A stretch of 64,000 nt of DNA from Candidatus Dojkabacteria bacterium (GCA_040767225.1 JAXGOY010000003.1:2031-66030); one strand, 5' to 3'; shown: positions 21,061 through 31,171, numbered from the stretch's first letter. Made by a program: numbers and translations. Notes: a model not told the origin generated them from the sequence alone.

Positions 21061-21276
21061 TTACTTTAAATTTACAACTTTTCTTTTTAATCTTTTTGCA
21101 TTTGCAGGATATACGATTTTATCATCATCTTGTCTTCTTTTTGATTTAGCAGACCTTTTAGTCCTTAGATGTCCCTGATGACTCTGTTTGTACATCATCT
21201 TTGCTTTCCTGTTCCCCTTTGGATTGGAAAGCTTTATTCTCTTTATTGCTGTTTTGTTTGTTTTTTGTCTTGCCAT
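21061..21276 (-). CDS. rpmI: 50S ribosomal protein L35
   Basis: MARQKTNKTAIKRIK...HLRTKRS; between infC and rplT. Confidence 0.88.
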   Translation of the reverse strand: MARQKTNKTAIKRIKLSNPKGNRKAKMMYKQSHQGHLRTKRSAKSKRRQDDDKIVYPANAKRLKRKVVNLK

Positions 21277-21796
21277 CTCCTTTGAATGTAATTGAAATAC
21301 TATTTGATTCACTCTTAGGTTCGGATTCGATACTACTATATTCAGAAAAATTAGTCAATATTTGACTAAATACCTCTTTCATCTGCTGGTACGGCTGTCT
21401 TCCTTTTCTAGTAACTGTAATTTTAACAGGATGTCCTTTTTCTAGGAATTCCAATGCTCTTCTTATTCTTGTATCCATATCATATTTGTCAATTACTACA
21501 CTAAATCTAAACTCTTTTAACTCTTTTGCCCTACCGGCCTTATTCTTTCTTTGTTTTTTCTTCTGTTCATATATATATTTTGAATAATCCATTATTCTAC
21601 ATACAGGTGGATTACTGTTAGCTCCTACTTCTACTAAATCTAGTTCTGCATCTCTTGCCTTTTGAAGTGCAACATATGTATCTGTTTCTCCAATATTTTT
21701 ACCACTACTGTCAATTAGTAATACTTTTGGTACTCTGATTTGTTCATTTACTCTTGTACCTAAGTCTTTCTTAACTCTTTGATTATTAAAATCCAT
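21158..21796 (-). CDS. infC: Translation initiation factor IF-3 with C-terminal extension overlapping rpmI
   Basis: NEQIR, LDLVEV, PPVCRIMDYSKY, KEFRF. Confidence 0.95.
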   Translation of the reverse strand: MDFNNQRVKKDLGTRVNEQIRVPKVLLIDSSGKNIGETDTYVALQKARDAELDLVEVGANSNPPVCRIMDYSKYIYEQKKKQRKNKAGRAKELKEFRFSVVIDKYDMDTRIRRALEFLEKGHPVKITVTRKGRQPYQQMKEVFSQILTNFSEYSSIESEPKSESNSISITFKGDGKTKNKQNSNKENKAFQSKGEQESKDDVQTESSGTSKD

Positions 21797-21820
21797 TTAT
21801 TAAAGATATTATAAATAAAT

Positions 21821-23578
21821 TTATTTATGTTTTTTTAATCTTATCTCTTCAAGAAGATAATCAAGGAACTCTTGTTTTTTCATTAATCCTATCTCTTTAT
21901 TTAACCTTGACCTTATTGATACAGTTTCTGTTTCTATTTCTTTGTCTCCTACTATTGCAAGATATGGGATTTTTAATTTCTCTGCATCCCTTATCTTTGA
22001 CTGCATACTTTTTGTTCTATCATCCAAAGTTACCCTTATACCATTTTCATTAAGAAGAGTAGAAATCTCCTGTCCATATTTAATATGTTTATCAGAGATT
22101 GGAATAACTGTTACCTGATCAGGTGCAATCCAAAGAGGAAAATCTCCTGCGAAGTGTTCTATTAAGAATGCAAAGAATCTCTCAAATGAACCAATGAGTG
22201 CTCTGTGTATTACAAAGGGCTGTTTTTCTTGTCCATCTGCATCCACATATTTAATATCAAATCTTTCTGGGAGATTAAAATCTAATTGAAGGGTAGATAT
22301 TGAATCTTCTTTACCATACACATTAACTGCTTGTACATCTATTTTAGGTCCATAAAATGCAGCATCTCCTGGCATTTCTTCAAACTCTACCTTTCTATCT
22401 ATTAATGCTTTTCTTAAAATATCTTCTGAAAACTGCCATTTCTCAATATCTCCTGCATATTTATCAGGATTTTTCTCTCTATCAGATAAAGAGAGTCTGA
22501 ATCTGTAATTTGTAAACCCTATATCTTTGTAGAATATATCGAGAAGATCAAGAGTTTCATTAATTACTCCTTCAAGCTGATCTTGTGTACAGTAAATATG
22601 AGCATCATTTTGGGTAAATCCTCTTACTCTCTGTAATCCATGCAGCTCTCCAGTTTTCTCATACCTGTATACAGTACCAAATTCTCCTAGTTTTAAAGGT
22701 AAATCTCTGTAACTTCTTGTTTCCATTTTATACACCATCATTCCCTCTGGACAGTTCATTGGTTTAAGGTAGTAGTTCTCTTCATCAACTTTAATTGGAG
22801 CATACATAGAGTCTTTGTAAAAGTTCAGATGACCAGATATTTTAAATAGTTCCTCTCTTACAATGTGAGGAGTTAGTATATGCTGGTATCCATGTGCTCT
22901 TTCAAGGTCAAACATATAGTTTTCAAGAATTCTTCTCATTGTGTATCCTCTTGGAAGCCATACAGGTAGTCCTTGTCCTATTTCAGGGATAATTGCAAAA
23001 AGTTTTAACTGTTTTCCTAATGCCCTATGGTTATACTTTTCTGCATTTTCTAAATCCTGTAGATATTTTTTAAGCTCTGCTTTTGTTTCAAATGCTGCTC
23101 CATATATCCTTGTAAGCATTTTTCTGTTCTCATCGCCTTTCCAATATGCACCAGCTGTTTTAATTAATTTAATAGCCCCTATTTCACCTGTATTGGCAAC
23201 ATGAGGGCCTCTGCATAAATCTACAAACTCCTGCTGTCCTGTTACAAAGAAACTAAGCTCTTTATCAGGTATTTCTTCTAAAAGCTCTAGTTTATACTCT
23301 TGTCCTATATCTTTAAGATACTTAATTGCATCTTTTCTTTTCATAAAAATCTGAGTTATTGGTAACTTTCTTTTTATGATTTTTTTCATTTCATCTTCAA
23401 TTGGCTTTAGATCTTTTTCTTCAATAGGTTGAGAGAATTCAAAGTCATAGTAAAAGCCATTTTCTATTGCAGGTCCTATTCCTAATTTAGAGTCAGGGTA
23501 TAGTTTTAATACTGCTTGTGCTAGTACATGTGAGGCAGAGTGTCTCATTCTTTCTAATTTTTCTTCATTATTATCCAT
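21821..23578 (-). CDS. thrS: Threonine--tRNA ligase
   Basis: RHSASHVLAQA, DLCRGPH, LKPMNCP, FYGPKID, HRALIGSFERF. Confidence 0.98.
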   Translation of the reverse strand: MDNNEEKLERMRHSASHVLAQAVLKLYPDSKLGIGPAIENGFYYDFEFSQPIEEKDLKPIEDEMKKIIKRKLPITQIFMKRKDAIKYLKDIGQEYKLELLEEIPDKELSFFVTGQQEFVDLCRGPHVANTGEIGAIKLIKTAGAYWKGDENRKMLTRIYGAAFETKAELKKYLQDLENAEKYNHRALGKQLKLFAIIPEIGQGLPVWLPRGYTMRRILENYMFDLERAHGYQHILTPHIVREELFKISGHLNFYKDSMYAPIKVDEENYYLKPMNCPEGMMVYKMETRSYRDLPLKLGEFGTVYRYEKTGELHGLQRVRGFTQNDAHIYCTQDQLEGVINETLDLLDIFYKDIGFTNYRFRLSLSDREKNPDKYAGDIEKWQFSEDILRKALIDRKVEFEEMPGDAAFYGPKIDVQAVNVYGKEDSISTLQLDFNLPERFDIKYVDADGQEKQPFVIHRALIGSFERFFAFLIEHFAGDFPLWIAPDQVTVIPISDKHIKYGQEISTLLNENGIRVTLDDRTKSMQSKIRDAEKLKIPYLAIVGDKEIETETVSIRSRLNKEIGLMKKQEFLDYLLEEIRLKKHK

Positions 23579-23736
23579 TTTAGTAATTATACAAAATTAA
23601 TATATGCTATATTTCTAGGAAAACATTTGCATGAAAAGTTTAACATTAAAGACATGTTGAGTATACAACTTTATGAATTTTAGATTTGTTAATACCAAAT
23701 TTCTTGTACATCTTCTTTATTCTATATCTTTTACTT

Positions 23737-24468
23737 TTATTTAACAATATACAATGATATTGAATTTAAACCAAATTCATATGTATCTACCCTTTTAATA
23801 TGTTTTAGGTTTAGTTTATCAATAGGGTATCTCTTAGGATGTTTAATTATAAAAGCGCCCTTAAATTTCTTTGTTTTTGGATTTTTAACACCAGGAAGGA
23901 GAGATGATGCATCATTTATTATTCTTTCCATCTTCTCTACCCTTTTTGTATTGTATAGCTTGTATGGAGGATCCATAAATATAATGTCCCATGTCTTATC
24001 ACTCTCTTTATATTTTTGTATAAAATCCTCTACTTTACTCTTAATTACCTCTGCCTGAGGAAGAAATCCTGTATGAGCTACATTCCTTTGTATTATTATA
24101 TTTCCTTGCTTTGAAGCATCTACTAATGTTGCCTCTTTTGCACCTCTTGAGAGTGCTTCTAGTGCAAATGAACCTGCTCCTGCATAAAGATCTAAAATAC
24201 TTTTGTTTGCTATATCACTTCCTAATACATCAAATATTCTTACTTTCATCCTATCAGTAAGTGGTCTTGTATTTCTTGGTATTTCTATTTTAAAGTTTTT
24301 TGCTTGTCCTGCTGTAATTCTTACAAATGTAGAAATAGTAGGTTCTTTACTAAGGAATCTCTCTTTTAGAAATTCTTGTTCCCTTTGTTCATACTCTTCC
24401 CAGCTTTCTACTTTATGCTTAGTTTTTTCTTTTCTTAATTTTTTAGATGAATCGAATTTTAAACTCAT
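23737..24468 (-). CDS. rsmD: RsmD-family methyltransferase with N-terminal extension
   Basis: RITAG, TRP, LDLYAGAGS..LEALSRGA, IFMDPPY. Confidence 0.88.
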   Translation of the reverse strand: MSLKFDSSKKLRKEKTKHKVESWEEYEQREQEFLKERFLSKEPTISTFVRITAGQAKNFKIEIPRNTRPLTDRMKVRIFDVLGSDIANKSILDLYAGAGSFALEALSRGAKEATLVDASKQGNIIIQRNVAHTGFLPQAEVIKSKVEDFIQKYKESDKTWDIIFMDPPYKLYNTKRVEKMERIINDASSLLPGVKNPKTKKFKGAFIIKHPKRYPIDKLNLKHIKRVDTYEFGLNSISLYIVK

Positions 24469-24481
24469 GGGATGTATTTTA

Positions 24482-27088
24482 CTAGTTTATCTTTATTCCT
24501 TCCAGTTTTAATTTTTCCATTTGTATATACTCTTCAGTTTGTACAAGGTCTTTAAATGTTGCTGTTTGTGACCAGTCGCTTACATTACCATCAGTATCCC
24601 AAAATCTAATTCTCCAGTAATATGTTGTACCTGAACTACCTGTCAATGTTGTTCCTGCATATGTAATATCAGGAGATCTTTGACCACTTGGTGTAGATGT
24701 CATAGAAGTCTTGTTACTATCCCACATTACTGTACCTGTAAAAGATGAATTAGAGTTAACCTCTATTTCATAGTAATTTGCACTATCACCATTTGGGTCT
24801 ATATGCTGTGCTGAGAATTTTGGAGTAGTTGATAATATCCATGTAGGATTCTCCATACCATCTGTTTTTAAGTAAGTAGGAGATAAAGGATTTCCTGACA
24901 TAGTGAAGTTGGATGTCTGAGACCAGTTGCTTACAGCCCCATTGTTATCCCAAAACCTCATTCTCCAATAGTAGGTTGTACCATTTAAAGAAAGTGTTGT
25001 TCCTGCATATGATATATCTGTAGATCTTGAACCATTAGTAATTGGGGAGATAGCTGTTTTTGTACTATCCCACATAACTGTCCCAAAGAAATCTGATTGG
25101 GTATTTACCTCTATCTCGTAGTACACACCTGTATCACTTGCATCAGGGTCACTAAATATTGCACTAAACTCAGGTGTTGTATCTGTCACTTTTATTGGCT
25201 CACTACTCCCTTCGGTATATAGTGAACTTGGTGGATTGGGGATAGTATTTGATCCATCTAGAGTTTCATTCTCTTCTTGTATTGTTGAATCTCCTTTAGA
25301 AGGAATTATAAGTGTAGTTTTATTTTGTGATGTTGTAAATGTTGCTGTTTGAGACCACTGTCCCTGTGTATCTTTGCTATCCCAGAATCGTATTCTCCAA
25401 TAATATGTAATACCATTTAAAGAGAGTGCATTTCCCATATATAATATCTCTGGAGATCTTTGTCCGCTTATAATTGGGCTTATTGATGTCTTTCCACTAT
25501 CCCACATACTTGTACCTGTAAAATCAGCTTTTGTATTTACCTCAATTTCAAAATATATACCATTATCTAAATTAGGATCAGAGTATATCGCACTAAATTT
25601 AGGAGATTGGCTTGTTATACTAACAGGATTAACAAGACCCTCTGTAAGTAAGTTAGTAGGTGCAGAAGGAGGCTGATTAGGAATTTCCTCATTATTAATA
25701 GTAGCTCTTTTAGAAGAGTTCTTTTTGATAAAGAGTACTTTGATATATGGAGGATCATTTGAATACGGCTGTAATTCTCCTGTTATATTATGAGTATGTG
25801 TTGATTTAGTAGGGAGGGATATAGAGGGAGAGCCAGTTGACAGGCCAACTGTTGCTGTATTGCTACCTGTAGTTGCGCTAACACTGTGTGTGTGAGATGA
25901 ACTTCCTCCTGTTGTACCATATGATGAGCTCCCATATGGGTAATATTCATCAAGCTGCGAAAATCTTGTCCACCCAAGAGGAGGAAGGGCAGTAGCCATA
26001 GTTATTACTCCCATGGGTGCCATAATATCATTACTAGCTTGTCCATACAAAACAGACAGGTATTTAGGAATATTCTCTGAAGTTTGTGTAATGAATTGAT
26101 TAATGGTATGAGTGTGTGTATTTGATGCTGTATATATTTCATTACCTCCCTGTGCAGTTGTTTCACTGCTTGCTCCATCTGTTATTGTTGCTAAGACTTT
26201 ATGGAAGTGTGTTGTTACACCACCGCTTCCTCCATATGTGGAATTTCCTCTTGGGAATTTATTGTCAAGCTGTGAGAATCTTGTAAACCCAGAAGGAATT
26301 GAGGAGTCGAATAAAGAGATGAAACCTTGATTGATAACTAGATTTTTATTGGAGCATACTATCATATCTAAATATGGGGGTAGCACTTCTGTCTCTTGTG
26401 AGGTTACTATTATTTGATGTGTATGAGAATTTGCAATTTTAGTATCATCACTACTTTTTGCAGAACCACTTGTACTAATTTGAGAGCTGCTTGTTAATAT
26501 TGTTTGAGGATGAGAATGAGAAGCACTCCCACCTGTCTCTCCATACATTGAAGCACCCTTAGGGAATCTTTGATAAAAATCTTGTCCTGTATCAGATTCA
26601 ATTTTCCATTCATTTGTACATGCAGAATCTTTTAGCAAAAGGAAATTCCCTGTCCACTCCTCTTGCCCATTAGGAGCAGATTCATTTCCATAGTACATAT
26701 ATATTGTTTTTCCACTCGCTGGTAGATTGGGTATTCTTACCCAAACCTGTGTTTGAGAGGAGTTACATCCACCTTCTATCCAGTATGGAAGCAATGTTGA
26801 ATCATCACTATCAACAAATCTAAGGTCATCACAATCATTTTGAAGTTTTTCAGCATCTATTAAGGATTTAGTATCATATTCAATTAAAACTTCTTCATTT
26901 ATAGCTTGAGTCTCTGTGTTTGAGATAAAGATAGATCTTCTGTAAAGCCAGCTTGTGTTATACCATGCGCTACTATCTTCCGAAGTATTGGTTATAAGGA
27001 GGTAAGCAAGTGGTATACCTATAGCGAGTACAAGTGCAGAAGCAATTAAAATAGTCCTTTTTGAAACAGACAGTTTTCTCTTTTCCAT
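24482..27088 (-). CDS. DUF2341-containing membrane-anchored surface protein with tail-fibre-like and FN3-like repeats
   Basis: N-terminal TM; DDLRFVD..LPYWIE..VWVRIP..IYMYYGN (DUF2341); three HxH modules; three YYWRxRFWD repeats. Confidence 0.8.
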   Translation of the reverse strand: MEKRKLSVSKRTILIASALVLAIGIPLAYLLITNTSEDSSAWYNTSWLYRRSIFISNTETQAINEEVLIEYDTKSLIDAEKLQNDCDDLRFVDSDDSTLLPYWIEGGCNSSQTQVWVRIPNLPASGKTIYMYYGNESAPNGQEEWTGNFLLLKDSACTNEWKIESDTGQDFYQRFPKGASMYGETGGSASHSHPQTILTSSSQISTSGSAKSSDDTKIANSHTHQIIVTSQETEVLPPYLDMIVCSNKNLVINQGFISLFDSSIPSGFTRFSQLDNKFPRGNSTYGGSGGVTTHFHKVLATITDGASSETTAQGGNEIYTASNTHTHTINQFITQTSENIPKYLSVLYGQASNDIMAPMGVITMATALPPLGWTRFSQLDEYYPYGSSSYGTTGGSSSHTHSVSATTGSNTATVGLSTGSPSISLPTKSTHTHNITGELQPYSNDPPYIKVLFIKKNSSKRATINNEEIPNQPPSAPTNLLTEGLVNPVSITSQSPKFSAIYSDPNLDNGIYFEIEVNTKADFTGTSMWDSGKTSISPIISGQRSPEILYMGNALSLNGITYYWRIRFWDSKDTQGQWSQTATFTTSQNKTTLIIPSKGDSTIQEENETLDGSNTIPNPPSSLYTEGSSEPIKVTDTTPEFSAIFSDPDASDTGVYYEIEVNTQSDFFGTVMWDSTKTAISPITNGSRSTDISYAGTTLSLNGTTYYWRMRFWDNNGAVSNWSQTSNFTMSGNPLSPTYLKTDGMENPTWILSTTPKFSAQHIDPNGDSANYYEIEVNSNSSFTGTVMWDSNKTSMTSTPSGQRSPDITYAGTTLTGSSGTTYYWRIRFWDTDGNVSDWSQTATFKDLVQTEEYIQMEKLKLEGIKIN
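24545..25675 (-). repeat. Three intragenic ~115-aa FN3-like repeats
   Basis: P.FSA...DP, Y.EIEVN, F.GT.MWDS.KT, YYWR.RFWD, WSQT..F each occur three times. Confidence 0.85.
25720..26620 (-). repeat. Three intragenic ~100-aa tail-collar/needle-like modules
   Basis: [FY]P.G...YG..GG...HxH ... HTH ... P.Y occurs three times. Confidence 0.75.
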
Positions 27089-27123
27089 TTAATATATAAT
27101 AGCAGAAAGATGTTAAAAGAAAA

Positions 27124-27569
27124 CTAATCTCTTGTAATCTCATATAGAATAATTGAAGCGCAGTTTGCTACATTTAAAAGATTCTTTCTTTCCTCTCATA
27201 GGTATATATAACTTTATCAGCTCTCTTTAAAATTTCAGGATTAATGCCTCTTTTTTCATGACCAAATACTAATGCAACCTTGGGAGGATATTTAATCTTT
27301 GAAAATGTTCTGCATTTTTAGTTAGTTCTACACAGTAGATAGGTATTCCCTTTTCTCTAAGCTCTAGGCACAGCCTCAAGTGTAGTGTCAAAATGCTCAG
27401 AGGGAATCATATCAGTTGCACCAAGTGCAGTTTTATCAAGTTTTGGGTTATCTATATTAGTTGTTATCCCACATAGATATATTTTTACACTTCCTGCACC
27501 ATCAGCAGAGCGAAATATGCTTCCTACATTAAAAGCTGACCTTATATTATCCAATACAATATATAACAT
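27124..27569 (-). pseudogene. TrmH/SpoU-family RNA methyltransferase, frameshifted (likely sequence error)
   Basis: [18 protein letters not shown], continuing in other frames to ALVFGHEKRG, IPMRG, NVA, ILYEITRD. Confidence 0.8.
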
Positions 27570-27571
27570 AC

Positions 27572-29565
27572 CTAATGTATTATCCTAATATAAAATGAAT
27601 CAATATTACTATCTACAAGCTGTTTAGCAACTCTTTTTCGCTTTTTAAACATATTAATATCTGTTAAACTAGCTATCTTAAACTGGGGAATACCTGACTG
27701 TTTATACCATATACCTCTCCTGGCCTCTTCTTTGTAAATCATACTCTGCTACATCAAAACCAGAAGAATGTGATGCAAAGTATTTTAACCTGTCTACTAC
27801 CTCAGGATTTTTTTCTTCATTTTTACTTGGTATTACAAAACAGTATGATTCTATTTCTCCCCTGCCTACTCTTCCTCTTAATTGGTGAAGTTGTGCTAAT
27901 CCAAATCTGTGTGCATCTTCTATTATCATTATTGCTGCATCAGGCATATCTATTCCTACTTCTATTACAGATGTTGATACTAACACATTTATTTCTTTTT
28001 TTCTAAATCTTTCAAGTATATCTGCTTTTTCTTTCTCCTTAAGTCTTCCATGCATTAATTCAATATTTATATCTTTAAAGTATATATTTTTTAAGTTTTG
28101 AAACTCTGTTAATACAGCCTTTGCATCAAGTGTGTAGCTCTCTTCGATGAGGGGATATACAATGAAGGCCTGCTGCTTAAAGTTGCTTTCTATGATTTTC
28201 TTGTTTACCCATTTAAAACAGTCTTCTCTTTTGTAATATGGAACATATTTAGTAGTAATATCTTTTTGCATTTTAGGTTTTTCTTTTATAGTAGACACAT
28301 CTACACTTCCAAATACCACTTCTGTTAAACTTCTTGGAATGGGAGTTGCTGTCATTGTTAAGTAGTGAGGAATTGTTTTGCCTACTTTTAGCAGTTTTTC
28401 TCTTTGTTCAACTCCAAATCTATGCTGTTCATCTACAATTACTAGGTTGAGATTTTCTGGTATATCACTTTTATACAATACAGCATGTGTACCAATTATT
28501 AGAGAATTGGGAGATTTTGGTTTTCCTTTTCTAGCAGATGTCCATATTTGTACATCAATTTCAAAAGGAGAAAGCAATTTGTTAAATGTATCAAAATGCT
28601 GGTTTGCAAGTACTGTTGTAGGAGCTAGTACTATTGCACTAAAATTGTTTCTTATACACTGTAGTACAGCTAGTGCTGCAACAACAGTCTTTCCACTTCC
28701 AACATCTCCGTTAAGCAACCTATTCATTGGTTTCTTTTTTGAAATATCTTTAACTATCTCTTTTATACTTTTGCTGGTCACTGGTTAGTTCAAAAGGAAG
28801 AGCTGAAAATCTTTTGTTAATTCCTTATCTTCAATTATGGGAATAGATTTATATTTTCTTTTTCTTTTATCTTTTTCTATCTGTATTACCATTTTAAGCA
28901 TTTCATCTAGCTGTAATCTTTCTCGTGCTTTTAGATATCTTTTGATTTTGGGAAGTGCATTTTCTTTTATACTCTCAAATGAGGAAGAAAATTTTCCTTT
29001 TCAATAATATTGTAAGGTAGTGGATCTTGGATTAAGTTTTTAATTTCTTTTTCAAGAGGTATATTTATTCCTTATTGCTCTAGAAGACAGCCCTTCTGTC
29101 TCATGATATATTCCTATTATCTTTCCTAAATGTCTTTGCTGTATTATGTCCCCTGCATACTTCTCATATTTTGGGTTATAAATATTTTTTAGTTTTTCCT
29201 TTGTAGAACTTTCCCATCAAATATATACCACTGTCCCTTTTTAAATGTTTTTGTAGATAGCTTTGATTAAAAAAAGAGATATCAAGTGTAGTTCCTGCTT
29301 CGATCAATAACTTTAACTTTTGTAAATATTTTACCTGTTCTGGTATATATATTTCTTGTTTCAACTATTTGTGCTAGAAATGCCCCTCTTCAAGATATTT
29401 AAAATCCTCTATGCTTAATATTTCAGATGTATCTCTGTATCTAAAAGGGATGTGAAAAAGAAGATCTTTTATTGTGTATATATTTAACTTGGAGTATTTT
29501 TTTGACTGATTCTCACCTATTCCTTTAAGAGATGTAATTGGTTCATTTAATGATAATTCGGTCAT
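27572..29565 (-). pseudogene. recG: ATP-dependent DNA helicase RecG, multiple frameshifts (likely sequence error)
   Basis: Fragments ITSLKGIG..LLFHIPFRY, FFNQSY, RLLNGDVGSGKT, DEQHRFGV, MTATPIPR, QLRGRVGRG, QSG. Confidence 0.9.
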
Positions 29566-29569
29566 ATAT

Positions 29570-29677
29570 TTAACCAATTACTGATAGTATTATGGGAATT
29601 GCTATACTTGCAATCATAATTAAGGCTATGAAGATGCTTAATATTTTTGTAAGTTTTTCTTTTGTCTTTTTCTTCAT
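29570..29677 (-). CDS. Small single-TM protein (DUF4044-like)
   Basis: Manual ORF MKKKTKEKLTKILSIFIALIMIASIAIPIILSVIG; TACAAT 7 nt upstream. Confidence 0.6.
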   Translation of the reverse strand: MKKKTKEKLTKILSIFIALIMIASIAIPIILSVIG

Positions 29678-29696
29678 GTTATGATTGTACTAATAT

Positions 29697-31157
29697 CTAG
29701 AAGTTTTTCCAAGTTCTTTGCATTTTACTTTGTGTGGACTGAGAATTAGCATATTTAAGCCAATCTGCCTTAACAGTTTTCTTTCCTGCTTGTGTTTTTA
29801 TTTCTACAATATCGCCTGTTTGAATTTTATAATCAAGTTTTACTGCTTTGCCATTAACTTTTGCAGAAACCATACTATTCCCAATATCAGTATGAATTCT
29901 ATATGCGAAATCTACAACAGTATCTCCCTTATCAAGCTGTATTATTTTTCCCTTAGGAGTAAATGCATAAACATTGTTAGGAAAAATCTTTACTAGAATA
30001 GGATTGGATAAATTTGTATCTCTAAATGCAATATGTTTACTTATCTCTTTATGGACTTCTTCTACCCAATTGTATTTATCTGTTGGCTTTGCATATCTGC
30101 TTAAGCTTTCCTTATATGCTATATGTGATGCGGGACCATATGTATTGTAGTAATACATATCTTGGGTCATAATCTGTATTTCAATTACATTGGGAGATAC
30201 TTCACTAAGTACTATTGGTCCTTGCATTGCACTATATCCATTAGGTTTAGGGTGAGAGATGTAATCATCAAATTCCTCTGTAATTATTTCTCCTTTATCC
30301 ATTATTTTCTCTAGGACATTGAAACAATTGTCTATAGAGTCTGTAATAACTCTAAGACCAATTAAGTCTCTTATTGCATTTATATTAATAGTACCAGTCT
30401 CTTTAAGCTGCTTTTTTTGTTTGTTGTATATACTGTATATTCCCTTTACCCTGCCTGTTATTGTTGGTGTTGGAGTTATATCTTTAAGCAGTCCTTTAAT
30501 GTATTCAATATATTTACATTTTACTTCTTCTGTATAATGGTGCTCTTCCATTTTAGATTTGATAATCCTATACTCCTCAGGTTTGTATATTTCTAATGCT
30601 TTTTCTTCTAATTCTTTTTTAATTGTTTCAAGATTTAGATATTCTGCAAGAGGAGCATATATGTAAAGAATTTTTCTAAGTTTTGAGCTTAGTCTTTCTT
30701 TTGGCATAAACTCAATTGTTCTGACATTGTCTAAATTATCTGCAAGTTTGATAAGGATAGGTCTTAAATCATAGTTACTGTTTAAGATATATTTTGTAAT
30801 TATTTCATAATCTGTATCAACACTTGCTGTTGCTTTACTCAAATTATTGTATTTCTTTACTAGTTGAACAACATCATTGCCAAAGAGTTTTTGTATTTCA
30901 GCATATCTTTCTTTTTCTTTGTTTGGAGCATTAGTTACACTGTTGTGCAGAAGCCCACCAATCATTGTGTTTGCATCGAGACCCATTTGGCCTAAAGTAA
31001 TTGCTATTCTAAGAGAGTGATTAACATATGGCTCTCCTGAAAACCTTGTCTCATCTTTATGATATTTTTGTGCTAAAGCAATCCCTTTTGATACTTTATT
31101 GAGGAACTTTTGCGGGCTTAGTTTTTTAACTTGTTCTATATATTCGTCAGTTGTCAT
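29697..31157 (-). CDS. RelA/SpoT homologue (HD-SYNTH-TGS, no ACT) with degenerate motifs
   Basis: RFSGEPYVNH, IKLAD, GRVK..YSI, DYISHPKPNGY, EIQI, FTPKG, DFAYRIHT, AKVNG. Confidence 0.92.
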   Translation of the reverse strand: MTTDEYIEQVKKLSPQKFLNKVSKGIALAQKYHKDETRFSGEPYVNHSLRIAITLGQMGLDANTMIGGLLHNSVTNAPNKEKERYAEIQKLFGNDVVQLVKKYNNLSKATASVDTDYEIITKYILNSNYDLRPILIKLADNLDNVRTIEFMPKERLSSKLRKILYIYAPLAEYLNLETIKKELEEKALEIYKPEEYRIIKSKMEEHHYTEEVKCKYIEYIKGLLKDITPTPTITGRVKGIYSIYNKQKKQLKETGTININAIRDLIGLRVITDSIDNCFNVLEKIMDKGEIITEEFDDYISHPKPNGYSAMQGPIVLSEVSPNVIEIQIMTQDMYYYNTYGPASHIAYKESLSRYAKPTDKYNWVEEVHKEISKHIAFRDTNLSNPILVKIFPNNVYAFTPKGKIIQLDKGDTVVDFAYRIHTDIGNSMVSAKVNGKAVKLDYKIQTGDIVEIKTQAGKKTVKADWLKYANSQSTQSKMQRTWKNF

Positions 31158-31171
31158 TGAGTAGGAATTGT

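Noticed and set aside
23579-23736. Possible T-box or structured leader upstream of thrS
   Set aside because: No T-box consensus was recognised, and a -10 box lies 7 nt from the ATG, implying no leader
24545-25675. Nucleotide repeats as a CRISPR array or DGR template/variable repeats
   Set aside because: They are in-frame protein domain repeats with divergence not confined to adenines; no cas or reverse transcriptase gene in the window
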